A stretch of DNA of 64,000 nucleotides from the NCBI GenBank assembly GCA_003971905.1, contig RSEE01000016.1, forward strand, positions 248,001 to 312,000. Reading direction: 5' to 3'. Shown in pieces: positions 1 through 12,200 of the stretch (the first letter of the stretch is position 1; each line of letters begins with the position of its first letter). This DNA is from Moniliella sp. 'wahieum'. Taxonomy: Eukaryota. A model generated the notes under the pieces. The model was given only the letters and a program-made list of their open reading frames with translations. It was not told the origin of the DNA and ran no database searches. The position numbers were made by a program, and so were the translations under genes.

Positions 1-499
1 CCTGCACAGTATAGGTTTGCTAACCCCACCTGGGCCATATTCCGAATGGCGGAATTGGGCCACAGGATCACGTGATCGTAAATTGCGGCGCCGAGGCTGA
101 CGCAGACCGCGGGGTGGTGGGCTACTGGTTTGGGATTGGCGGCTTGCATGTCTTGGCAGGGCGGCTACACGGTCTTGGCATTTCTGGTTTACCGGGTTTA
201 CCTGCCGTGATAGACCCCACCGTCCGTTACAAACTTGGCGTGGTTGATGTCGGGACGATGGCCATGTCTTCGCCACCACCCTCTATCACCTCCACCCTCA
301 TCGCCTCCGCCAGCGTAACAGCTGTAAGGAGAGCATGCACATTCTCCTTGTTCTTTTGCTCCTGGCTGTTCACGTGCAGTTCGCGCTCGCCCTGCCCCAT
401 CTTGCACGCGCTGGCAGTGGTGGCAGCTCTGACGACGGCTCCTGTGCCACCGCCTGGTCCGACGTGGGTTTGATTGCCCCCGGTGCCCTCAGTCCTGGC

Positions 500-1180
500 A
501 CATGTGCTTGCTAGTATGTTGCTATTCATCGATAACCCCTTTCCCAGTACCGCTACTGACACGGCTGTTGCAGCTTCGACCAGGTGACGGCATATTGCTG
601 TCAGTACCTTGGAGGGCAGGAACAAACATCAACCTTTATCCGGGACAATACTACATTAACCTACACAACCTGCTCTCCATCGGGATCGTTTAGGACATGC
701 TGGCCTGCTTCAACACAGCTACGGCTCAGCATTGTGGGGACTCCCAACCCTGTATTCCCTACAGGACTGTGTAACTCGACTAATTCTGTCACGACCACCC
801 CAACTTCTTCTCTCAGTACTTCAGCATCCCCTCCTCTCCTTTTGCATGAAGCTTTCGTCCGAAGGAGGGATGCATGTGCGTTGCTTCTGGGTCTCCTCAT
901 TTCGCTTGGTCTAAGTTGGTTCTGGTGAATTCACTAGTATTTATCCCATTGAACCTAATTACTATTACCTTATCCAGCCTCAATGACACCTTACCCTGCT
1001 GGCATTTGTATCCTCTTTGTCTATTACATCCATTCTTGACTTCTACATCTTGCTTGGTACTCCCCAGAGCTCAGATGTGAGCTAGGATAGGAGCTTCCTG
1101 TATACCATACTCAAGTCAGGCCTAAGCAAGGTAGGCCAGTGGCAGACCCAGACTCAAATCCAGTTCAAGGCGGTTTGATG
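500..1180 (+). pseudogene. Degenerate coding relic (gene or transposon remnant), family unknown
   Basis: One + frame has C-ending codon bias (tac tac att aac cta cac aac ctg ctc tcc atc) but is interrupted by TAG/TAA/TAA/TGA; no CpG between 905 and 1170; no recognisable motif. Confidence 0.3.
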
Positions 1181-1309
1181 GCATGATCGGCCCAGAAGCC
1201 TGAGAAGGGCGCAAGAGAGACACTCCAATATTCATTCTCATTGAGCAATAAGGCCAAAGGGGAAAACAGGAAGAGCGAGATGCGAATTCGAAGTGAGAGA
1301 TCAAGTTGC

Positions 1310-1510
1310 GAAATACCAATATTTGCTTCTTGGCGCATCGTGCACTCATCATTGCGACATGTTGGGGCGGTCCAACTCGTCACGTTTACTTTCGCACATC
1401 CGCAGATATATGTCTCTCTTTCTCGCGTCTTCTCCGGTCACGGGCTCGAATTTCTTCCCCCAGCTGCCAGGATCACTCGCAGCACTGTCTATCACCAGGT
1501 CATCGAGTAT
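1310..1510 (+). mobile_element. Helitron RepHel / PIF1-family helicase C-terminal remnant
   Basis: Translation SLRHVGAVQLVTFTFAHPQIYVSLSRVFSGHGLEFL...TRSTVYHQVI resembles the Helitron helicase end (SLxxVG...F(S/A)HGQLYVALSRV...TKNIVYxEVL). Upstream motifs are missing or degenerate. Confidence 0.6.
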
Positions 1511-3202
1511 ACGCTGAGGGTAAGATGCTGATTGAAGTGGTCGAAAATGCTCCCAAGGATGATTGCGACTGCCCGTTCGATGCGGGCATTGAATGGCAAC
1601 CTGGAACAGAGAAACATTGACAACGCATTACGCGACTTGGAGGACATTATGATAGGTATACAGTTCCGATGGGCCTCCTGCCGACGTCCCCGAGAACCAT
1701 ATGTGGGCTTTGGCATCAGATGCACCTTTTGCACGAGATGGACGAGGATGAGCTGTGAGATCGATGAGATCTAATCTCTCCCTGCTATCACAATGAACAA
1801 AAACCTTAATAGTGGCGCTGCATATACCAGTGATTCCAACAAAACAGCCCAACCTTCGCTCCATGCCAGTACCACACACGCATATAACAACCTCTAAACC
1901 AAAAATACTCACCAGGCCTGATATAGTTGGCTCGGTGGTCCTCTTAATCTTGTTGGTAAAATGTGGGGAGTGTGTTATATAGACGTGTGGGGCGGAAAGA
2001 CCTTATTTTTGCTTCTCGGTGTCATGACATGCGGGCGCGCGATCGATGGTTCTGTACACATCCATCTTCCCATCTGCTGGTCCCTCAGGGCCTGAGCCTC
2101 AGGCCTCATCGATCATCTCTATACTGCACCCATGATGCCTCCCTCTCCACTGGCAGGATTTGATGCCCCTGAGAGGCCTGAGGCATCAGGTGCGCATGTG
2201 TGCTCCGGGGGTTTTTATAGTATTTTGCCGGAGAGCGGGGTGCGCAAAAGGCGTCGAGACCCCCCCATCCCTCGCGAAAACCTGTTGTGACATGTGATCA
2301 TCGATCATGCAGCCCAACAGAGGCACTGCAACTGGCAACAGAAGTGCGTTTTGGGCTGGCAAGAAAAAGAGGGGCGGTCAGGCTTCAGCCTGCTGCTATA
2401 TTACCATTGAATATTGACACTACGCCCATAGAGGGGGCAATCCATTTGGTGACAAAGGAAATATATGGCGTGGAAGAGACCGGTATAGAGAGAAAAATGA
2501 GAGGTGGCAGCGAGAAAAGGGGCCGCGAAAGAGGCATATGTGCAACGGAGTGCACTCTGATGCCTCGCTGTTCTCCCCATTAAAACTATCAGCCTGGGTT
2601 GCTGACGTGGCAAGGTGTAACCTCAATTGAACTTCAGCAAGAGAGACTCCTTGGCCCGCCGCGGCTAGGTTATACACTCCATGCCGCCACACCTCTACTG
2701 CCAGTGTGGTGTTACGCCTTTTTCGAGCGTTTGGTGCCGAGGGTCATCGGCATGCCGTCCGCGCACGAGAGTAGGAACAACACCCAGCTTCGGCACCCGA
2801 AACCTCTGCCAGAGCGCGCAGGGACGGTGGGATGTGCGCTGGCCCTATAAGCACTGGTTAATTACCGGTTAGTAACCGGCTATAGCCAGACCAACACAGG
2901 CAGGGCTTTGCGCAGCCTCGCACAGGGGCGGTCGTGGTGAGTGGTGGCGCAGCGGGAAACACTGCCCTGTGCCTATCTGTGGCGCGCGATTCTTGTAAGT
3001 CAATATAGGTGCAAAACGGGCGTTGGCGTCTTCCCACGTCCCAACCCCTGACGCGTATAACTCTTCCCCCATCGATCTCTTGGTCAATCCTCTTCTCTTC
3101 CCCCCCACATCTACCCCCCCATTCCCCATCCCCCATTCCCCATCCCCTATCACGCCCCCACGACCCTACACGACTCACGTTCACGAACCCCCCCATCTCA
3201 TC

Positions 3203-6200
3203 ATGTCTGCCCCGGTTAAGCACGCACCCGAGCCCGACCCGGACGCCCATGCCCCCTCCTCCCCCCTGGCCCCAACTCCGGGGCCTGAGGAGGACGCCCC
3301 TCCCATGGACCTCTCCATGGAAAAGATTGGTGATGCGGCTGTCTCCCCTGGCAGCCCCAAAGCCACCCCCCACAAGACCAAAGTGCGTGTGACGGGCACC
3401 CCCCAGCGCACCCCCGCTTCCCCCCGTCACCCGCCCGTCAGCGGGCGGACCCCAGGTCATCAGCGCACCCCCTCTGCTGGCCGCCGTCCGCTTACCGCTC
3501 CCACTCGAGCGTCCGCTGCGAAATCTGCCTTTGCCCAGGGCTCGACACCGGGTATATCCCATGGCCAGACAGAGGGCCGCCGCTCGTCGACAATGGGCCA
3601 TCATGCTAGCCACTCTTCCGGTTCTGGCACCAATGGCAACCCTCTCCATGTTTCCGCTCCACGCGCATCGGTTGTCACAGCGAGTGCGGTTCTTGCTACC
3701 GGCACCCCAGCACCCACGGCACGCAAGATCACCAGCTCCATCCCTTCCCACCGTGTCCAACGCAACACCACCAAGCCTGCCCGCGCCTCGGTACCTCCTG
3801 CCTCTGGCCCTGCAGCAGGTGCCGCTTTGACTTCTTCCCCAAAGAAAGACGAGTTGCAGGAAAAGTTGGACAAGGCATTGTTGGAATTGAGTGAGACCAA
3901 AAAGGCCCACCAAGCGGCCTTGGATGAATTGACCCGTCAACACCGTGAGGATTTAGCCCGCACCCGTGCCACTTCCGAGGAGCTGGAGGCAGCCAAAAAG
4001 GCGATCCAAGAAGGCAAGTCAGCTCATGCTCAGGCCGTGAAAGACTTGACCGAAGCCCAAGCCGTTCACCTGCATCAGGTGCAGGAGGAGCAAGCCCAAG
4101 CCTTTCAACTTCTCACAGCAGAAAAGGAGCAGATTGCTGAGCGCTCTAAGGCGGTGGAAGAGAATTTGCAGCAGGCCAAAAACGAGTGTTTGGCCCTGCA
4201 AACTGATCGGGAAACTCAACTCGCTTTGTTGAAAGAAGCTCACGAGGCTCAATTGGCTGCCCTGAAGGCTGCTCATGCCGAGTCTTTGGCTGGGCGCGAG
4301 GAGGAAATCGCATCCCTCCGTAAAGAGCTGGAGGTTGTACAGCAAGCGCAGGAACAGTCTAGCAGCGCTGTGGAGGAGCTCAAGAAACTCACTGCTGCCT
4401 ACGCTCAAGAGGAAAAGCAGGTTCAAGCAGCGCAGCAAGCGCTACTTGTTGCTGAAGAGGGAAAGAGAAAGAGCGACACCCTTCTGCTTGAGATGCAGGG
4501 TAACGTTCAAACTCTGGAGGCTCAACACGAAGAGCAGCTCTCTGAGACGACCCGCCGTCTCGAGAAGGAGCTTACGACGGTGAAGGAGGCTCTTGCAGAA
4601 GCCGAAAAGCAGCATCAACTGACCCTTGCTACTCTCACTGAGGAGAAGGGAAAGGTTGAAACCGTGTCGCGAGAGGGTGCCGAGTACAAGTCAACAGCTG
4701 AAACGGCCTCTCTTTCTCTGAAGGCTGCACAAAAGAGCTTGCCACGGTCCAAAAGTCTCACGCTGATGCACTTGCCAAGCTCACAAAGGAAAACGAGGAA
4801 AAGATCCGAACCCTTCTTGAGGGGAAGGACAAGGAAGTTAAGGAGGCAGCCCAAAAAGCTGAAGAACAGCTTCTGCTTGCCCAGGCTACTTTACGCTCCG
4901 CCCAAGAGGAACATGCCCTTACCGCATCCAAACTCGAGGAGGAGCATAAGGCTGTTCTTGCTGCACATGTAGAGCAGACGCAAAGCACCGCCAAGGCTGC
5001 CGCGGAAACAGCTGAAAAGGAACTCTTGTCGGCTAAGGATGCCCTCACCCAGGCCGAGAAGGAGTTTGATACTGCAAAATCCAAAATGGCGGTGGAACAC
5101 GAGGGTCAGATCAAGCTTCTAACTGAAACTCATGACAAGGCATTGAAAGAGGCACTTGCCAAAGGGGAAGCCGATGTTCATGCTGTTCAGGATGCCCTTA
5201 CCATGGCAGAAGAGAAGACCAAGCAACTTGGGCTCGAGTTACACAGCAAAGAGGAACAGATTCTGCGGTTGACGGAAGCGCAGGAAAACCACACTCTTGC
5301 CGCTCAGGAAGAGATCAAGTTGGCCAAGGAAGATGCGGCCTCGGTTCGAGCCGAATTGGATCATGCGCTGAAGGTCTCTGCCGGTCGAGCAGAGCAGATC
5401 ACGGCGCTCACCGCCCAGCTGGACCAGACTGCATCTAAAATTGCCGAGGCTGAACACGGCGAAGGCACTAGCTCAGGATGCGTTCGCCAAGGAATTGGAA
5501 GGCCTGCGGGACACCCTCACCAATGATCACCGGACGGCGCTGGAAGGGCAACGGAGCGAGATGTCTCGACTGCGCCTTGAAGTCGAAACCGCGGAGCGGG
5601 TTCATGCCAAGGCGCTTCAAGATGCTGAGGCTCAGCGCTCGACCGAAGCCGCAGCCGCCAAAGCCGACCATGACCACGTTCTTCGTCAGCTGGAGGAGTC
5701 CCAACAACATTTGGCTATCGAGGAGACAAAGCGGGTTCAGGCTGAGAAAGACCATACCGCCCTTCTTGCTCAGCTGAAGGAGGTCAAGTCGACGTACTTA
5801 CCCCCCAGGAAAAGAAGGCACTCGAGGCCCGACTGGCTGCCATTGGTAAGGACCTTTCACAGGCACAGGCTGAGAAAAATAAGTCCGTGCAGGAGGCCGC
5901 TGAGCATATTGCTGCTCTTGAGAAGGCTCGGGATGAAGCCGCCGTCCAGGCGGCTGAGAAGCGCGCTCAAGATCAAGAGAATACCCGGCTGGTGGTATTG
6001 GAAAAGGAAAGGGCGTTTGCCGCTGAACTCAAGGAAAAGGATGCAGTCTTGACGGTATGTCCATTTCGCTTGTGCCCACCCCAAGGGCGAAGAACACTAA
6101 CAGGCGATACAGGCAACCAAAGAGCAACTGGCGGATGCATCACAGGAGCGGGACAGTGTCTTGGCCAAGCTTCTTGCGCGAGTGGAGCCAGTGGAGGTAA

Positions 6201-9200
6201 GCCGGGTACAATCTGACGACGACCCGGCCGACTTGGTGGAGCAGCATGCACGGCACGTGCGCGAGGTGGCTGCACTGACCAAGACCCACGACGCGCGGAT
6301 CACTGAGCTGCAACGGCTCCAAGCGGCGCATGAACAGAAGGAGGCGCTGGCGCAAAGCTCCATGCGGCGCTCGTCGGGCCACCTCCAACACCAACTCCCA
6401 TACCAAGCCCAGCAACGCAGGTGAGTGATTTGTCCAGCAGACGTGACGCGTGACGCGTCACCGTGGCTTGCCTCAACTTGAATACTGACGCGGATTTTGC
6501 ACCTTCCGCTTTTACCAGCACCAGAGTACCGACAAGAAAGATGAGCCCGTTGAGGACACAAGTGTGAAAGTTGCCTCTTTGGCTCATGCCCTGATCAAGA
6601 ACAATGCCGAGGCCGCAGAAGCATCCAAAAGCATCAACAGCCAAATTGAAGACAGGGAACTGAACATTGGGGCCGAACAGGCTACTGCCGCTACGGCCCA
6701 AGAGGCTAATGTTCAGGCTGCTCCCGTTCCTCCCAAGGATGTAAAGGCCGAGGAGAAGGCTGCTACGCCCAAGGAGGAGGTGAAGGTCGAGCCTGCTCCC
6801 GCTGCTCCCCAGGAGGAGGCCAAGGTCGAGGAGAAGGCCGCTGCCCCCAAGAAGCAGGTCAAGGTAGGGGAGAAAGCCGCTGCCCCCAAGGACGAGGTCA
6901 AGGTTGAGGCTGCCCCCGCTGCTCCCAAGGAGGTGAAGGCCGAGGAGAAGCCTGCTGCTCCCAAGGAGGAGGTCAAGGTTGAGGCTGCTCCCGCTGCCCC
7001 CAAGGAGGAGGTCAAGGTTGAGGCTGCCCCCGCTGCTCCCAAGGAGGTGAAGGCCGAGGAGAAGCCTGCTGCTCCCAAGGAGGAGGTCAAGGTTGAGGCT
7101 GCTCCCGCTGCCCCCAAGGAGGAGGTCAAGGTCGAGGAGAAGGCCGCTGCCCCCAAGGACGAGGCCAAGGTTGAGGCTGCCACCGCTGCTCCCAAGGAGG
7201 TGAAGGCCGAGGAGAAGCCTGCTGAGCCCAAGGAGGAGGTCAAGGTTGAGGCTGCCCCCGCTGCTCCCAAGGAGGCGAAGGCCGAGGAGAAGCCTGCTGC
7301 TCCCAAGGAGGAGGTCAAGGTTGAGGCTGCTCCCGCTGCCCCCAAGGAGGAGGTCAAGGTCGAGGAGAAGGCCGCTGCCCCCAAGGACGAGGCCAAGGTT
7401 GAGGCTTCCACCGCTGCTCCCAAGGAGGTGAAGGCCGAGGAGAAGCCTGCTGAGCCCAAGGAGGAGGTCAAGGTTGAGGCTGCCCCCGCTGCTCCCAAGG
7501 AGGCGAAGGCCGAGGAGAAGCCTGCTGCTCCCAAGGACGAGGCCAAGGTTGAGGCTGCCACCGCTGCTCCCAAGGAGGTGAAGGCCGAGGAGAAGCCTGC
7601 TGCTCCCAAGGAGGAGGTCAAGGTTGAGGCTGCCCCCGCTGCTCCCCAGGACGAGGCCAAGGTTGAGGCTGCCCCCTGCGCCCAAGGAGGTGAAGGCCGA
7701 GGAGAAGCCTGCTGCCCCCAAGGAGGAGGTCAAGGTTGAGGCTGCCCCCGCTGCCCCCAAGGAGGAGGTCAAGGTCGAAGCTGCACCCGCTGCCCCCAAG
7801 GAGGAGGTCAAGGTTGAGGCTGCCCCCGCTGCCCCCAAGGAGGAGGTTAAGGTTGAAGCTGCACCCTGCTCCCAAGGACGAGGCCAAGGTTGAGGCTGCC
7901 ACCGCTGCTCCCAAGGAGGTGAAGGCCGAGGAGAAGCCTGCTGCTCCCAAGGAGGAGGTCAAGGTTGAGGCTGCCCCCGCTGCTCCCCAGGACGAGGCCA
8001 AGGTTGAGGCTGCCCCCGCTGCGCCCAAGGAGGTGAAGGCCGAGGAGAAGCCTGCTGCTCCCAAGGAGGTGAAGGCCGAGGCGAAGCCTGCTGCTCCCAA
8101 GGAGGAGGTCAAGGTTGAGGCTGCCCCCGCTGCTCCCAAGGAGGTGACGGCCGAGGAGAAGCCTGCTGCTCCCAAGGAGGAGGTCAAGGTTGAGGCTGTC
8201 CCCGCTGCTCCCAAGGAGGTGAAGGCCGAGGAGAAGCCTGCTGCCCCCAAGGAGGAGGACAAGGTTGAGGCTGCCCCCGCTGCTCCCCAGGAGGAGGCCA
8301 AGGTTGACGCTGTCCCCCTCTCCCAAGGAGGTGGCCAAGCTCGAGGAGAAGGCCGCTGCTCCCAAGGACGAGGCCAAGGTTGAGGCTCCCCCCGCTGCGC
8401 CCAAGGAGGTGAAGGCCGAGGAGAAGCCTGCTGCTCCCAAGGATGAGGCCAAGGTTGAGGCTGTCCCCGCTGCTCCCAAGGAGGTGAAGGCCGAGGAGAA
8501 GCCTGCTGCCCCCAAGGAGGAGGACAAGGTTGAGGCTGCCCCCGCTGCCCCCAAGGAGGAGGTCAAGGTCGAAGCTGCACCCGCTGCCCCCAAGGAGGTG
8601 AAGGCCGAGGAGAAGCCTGCTGCTCCCAAGGAGGAGGTCAAGGTTGAGGCTGCCCCCGCTGCTCCCCAGGAGGAGGCCAAGGTTGAGGCTGTCCCCGCTG
8701 CTCCCAAGGAGGTGGCCAAGCTCGAGGAGAAGGCCCCTGCTCCCAAGGACGAGGCCAAGGTTGAGGCTCCCCCCGCTGCGCCCAAGGAGGTGAAGGCCGA
8801 GGAGAAGCCTGCTGCTCCCAAGGATGAGGTCAAGGTTGAGGCTGCTCCCGCTGCCCCCAAGGAGGAGGTCAAGGTCGAGGAGAAGGCCGCTGCCCCCAAG
8901 GACGAGGCCAAGGTTGAGGCTGCCACCGCTGCTCCCAAGGAGGTGAAGGCCGAGGAGAGCCTGCTGCTCCCAAGGACGAGGCCAAGGTTGAGGCTGCCCC
9001 CTGCGCCCAAGGAGGTGAAGGCCGAGGAGAAGCCTGCTGCCCCCAAGGAGGAGGTCAAGGTTGAGGCTGCTCCCGCTGCCCCCAAGGAGGAGGTCAAGGT
9101 CGAGGAGAAGGCCGCTGCTCCAAGGACGAGGCCAAGGTTGAGGCTCCCCCCGCTGCGCCCAAGGAGGTGAAGGCCGAGGAGAAGCCTGCTGCTCCCAAGG

Positions 9201-12200
9201 ATGAGGCCAAGGTTGAGGCTGCCCCCGCTGCTCCCAAGGAGGTGAAGGCCGAGGCGAAGCCTGCTGCTCCCAAGGAGGAGGTCAAGGTTGAGGCTGCCCC
9301 CGCTGCTCCCAAGGAGGTGACGGCCGAGGAGAAGCCTGCTGAGCCCAAGGAGGAGGTCAAGGTTGAGGCTGCCCCCGCTGCTCCCAAGGAGGCGAAGGTC
9401 GAGGAGAAGCCTGCTGCTCCCAAGGAGGAGGTCAAGGTTGAGGCTGCTCCCGCTGCCCCCAAGGAGGAGGTCAAGGTCGAGGAGAAGGCCGCTGCCCCCA
9501 AGGACGAGGCCAAGGTTGAGGCTGCCACCGCTGCTCCCAAGGAGGTGAAGGCCGAGGAGAAGCCTGCTGAGCCCAAGGAGGAGGTCAAGGTTGAGGCTGC
9601 CCCCTGCTCCCAAGGAGGCGAAGGCCGAGGAGAAGCCTGCTGCTCCCAAGGACGAGGCCAAGGTTGAGGCTGCCACCGCTGCTCCCAAGGAGGTGAAGGC
9701 CGAGGAGAAGCCTGCTGCTCCCAAGGAGGAGGTCAAGGTTGAGGCTGCCCCCGCTGCTCCCCAGGACGAGGCCAAGGTTGAGGCTGCCCCCGCTGCGCCC
9801 AAGGAGGTGAAGGCCGAGGAGAAGCCTGCTGCTCCCAAGGAGGAGGTCAAGGTTGAGGCTGTCCCCGCTGCTCCCAAGGAGGTGAAGGCCGAGGAGAAGC
9901 CTGCTGCCCCCAAGGAGGAGGACAAGGTTGAGGCTGCCCCCGCTGCTCCCCAGGAGGAGGCCAAGGTTGACGCTGTCCCCGCTGCTCCCAAGGAGGTGGC
10001 CAAGCTCGAGGAGAAGGCCGCTGCTCCCAAGGACGAGGCCAAGGTTGAGGCTCCCCCGCTGCGCCCAAGGAGGTGAAGGCCGAGGAGAAGCCTGCTGCTC
10101 CCAAGGATGAGGCCAAGGTTGAGGCTGCCCCCGCTGCTCCCAAGGAGGTGAAGGCCGAGGCGAAGCCTGCTGCTCCCAAGGAGGAGGTCAAGGTTGAGGC
10201 TGCCCCCGCTGCTCCCAAGGAGGTGACGGCCGAGGAGAAGCCTGCTGCTCCCAAGGAGGAGGTCAAGGTTGAGGCTGTCCCCGCTGCTCCCAAGGAGGTG
10301 AAGGCCGAGGAGAAGCCTGCTGCCCCCAAGGAGGAGGACAAGGTTGAGGCTGCCCCCGCTGCCCCCAAGGAGGAGGTCAAGGTCGAAGCTGCACCCGCTG
10401 CCCCCAAGGAGGTGAAGGCCGAGGAGAAGCCTGCTGCTCCCAAGGAGGAGGTCAAGGTTGAGGCTGCCCCCGCTGCTCCCCAGGAGGAGGCCAAGGTTGA
10501 GGCTGTCCCCGCTGCTCCCAAGGAGGTGGCCAAGCTCGAGGAGAAGGCCCCTGCTCCCAAGGACGAGGCCAAGGTTGAGGCTCCCCCCGCTGCGCCCAAG
10601 AAGGTGAAGGCCGAGGAGAAGCCTGCTGCTCCCAAGGAGGAGGTCAAGGTTGAGGCTGCCCCCGCTGCTCCCCAGGACGAGGCCAAGGTTGAGGCTGCCC
10701 CCGCTGCGCCCAAGGAGGTGAAGGCCGAGGAGAAGCCTGCTGCTCCCAAGGAGGAGGTCAAGGTTGAGGCTGTCCCCGCTGCTCCCAAGGAGGTGAAGGC
10801 CGAGGAGAAGCCTGCTGCCCCCAAGGAGGAGGACAAGGTTGAGGCTGCCCCCGCTGCTCCCCAGGAGGAGGCCAAGGTTGACGCTGTCCCCGCTGCTCCC
10901 AAGGAGGTGGCCAAGCTCGAGGAGAAGGCCGCTGCTCCCAAGGACGAGGCCAAGGTTGAGGCTCCCCCCGCTGCGCCCAAGGAGGTGAAGGCCGAGGAGA
11001 AGCCTGCTGCTCCCAAGGATGAGGCCAAGGTTGAGGCTGCCCCCGCTGCTCCCAAAGGTGAAGGCCGAGGCGAAGCCTGCTGCTCCCAAGGAGGAGGTCA
11101 AGGTTGAGGCTGCCCCCGCTGCTCCCAAGGAGGTGACGGCCGAGGAGAAGCCTGCTGCTCCCAAGGAGGAGGTCAAGGTTGAGGCTGTCCCCGCTGCTCC
11201 CAGGAGGTGAAGGCCGAGGAGAAGCCTGCTGCCCCAAGGAAGGACAAGGTTGAGGCTGCCCCCGCTGCCCCCAAGGAGGAGGTCAAGGTCGAAGCTGCAC
11301 CCGCTGCCCCCAAGGAGGTGAAGGCCGAGGAGAAGCCTGCTGCTCCCAAGGAGGAGGTCAAGGTTGAGGCTGCCCCCGCTGCTCCCCAGGAGGAGGCCAA
11401 GGTTGAGGCTGTCCCCGCTGCTCCCAAGGAGGTGGCCAAGCTCGAGGAGAAGGCCCCTGCTCCCAAGGACGAGGCCAAGGTTGAGGCTCCCCCCGCTGCG
11501 CCCAAGAAGGTGAAGGCCGAGGAGAAGCCTGCTGCTCCCAATGAGGTCAAGGTTGAGGCTGCTCCCGCTGCCCCCAAGGAGGAGGTCAAGGTCGAGGAGA
11601 AGGCCGCTGCCCCCAAGGACGAGGCCAAGGTTGAGGCTGCCACCGCTGCTCCAAGGAGGTGAAGGCCGAGGAGAAGCCTGCTGCTCCCAAGGACGAGGCC
11701 AAGGTTGAGGCTGCCCCCGCTGCGCCCAAGGAGGTGAAGGCCGAGGAGAAGCCTGCTGCCCCCAAGGAGGAGGTCAAGGTTGAGGCTGCTCCCGCTGCCC
11801 CCAAGGAGGAGGTCAAGGTCGAGGAGAAGGCCGCTGCCCCCAAGGACGAGGCCAAGGTTGAGGCTGCCACCGCTGCTCCCAAGGAGGTGAAGGCCGAGGA
11901 GAAGCCTGCTGCTCCCAAGGACGAGGCCAAGTTGAGGCTGCCCCCGCTGCGCCCAAGGAGGTGAGGGCCGAGGAGAAGCCTGCTGCCCCCAAGGAGGAGG
12001 TCACGGTTGAGGCTGTCCCCGCTGCTCCCCAGGAGGAGGCCAAGGTTGAGGCTGTCCTCGCTGCTCCCAAGGAGGTGGCCAAGCTCGAGGAGAAGGCCGC
12101 TGCTCCCAAGGACGAGGACAAGGTTGAGGCTGCCCCCGCTGCCCCCAAGGAGGAGGTCAAGGTCGAAGCTGCACCCGCTGCCCCCAAGGAGGTGAAGGCC

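Noticed and set aside
1..560. Telomeric repeats
   Set aside because: Only isolated TAACCC words, no tandem array.
2858..3943. 361-aa minus ORF, and similar antisense ORFs over ALA1, CCT5 and SSC1
   Set aside because: Antisense shadows of GC-rich real genes.
7847..11176. 1109-aa minus ORF and other long antisense ORFs (LGAAG/SSLG repeats)
   Set aside because: Shadows of the + strand repeat, whose antisense frames lack stops; the + strand has the start, introns and codon bias.
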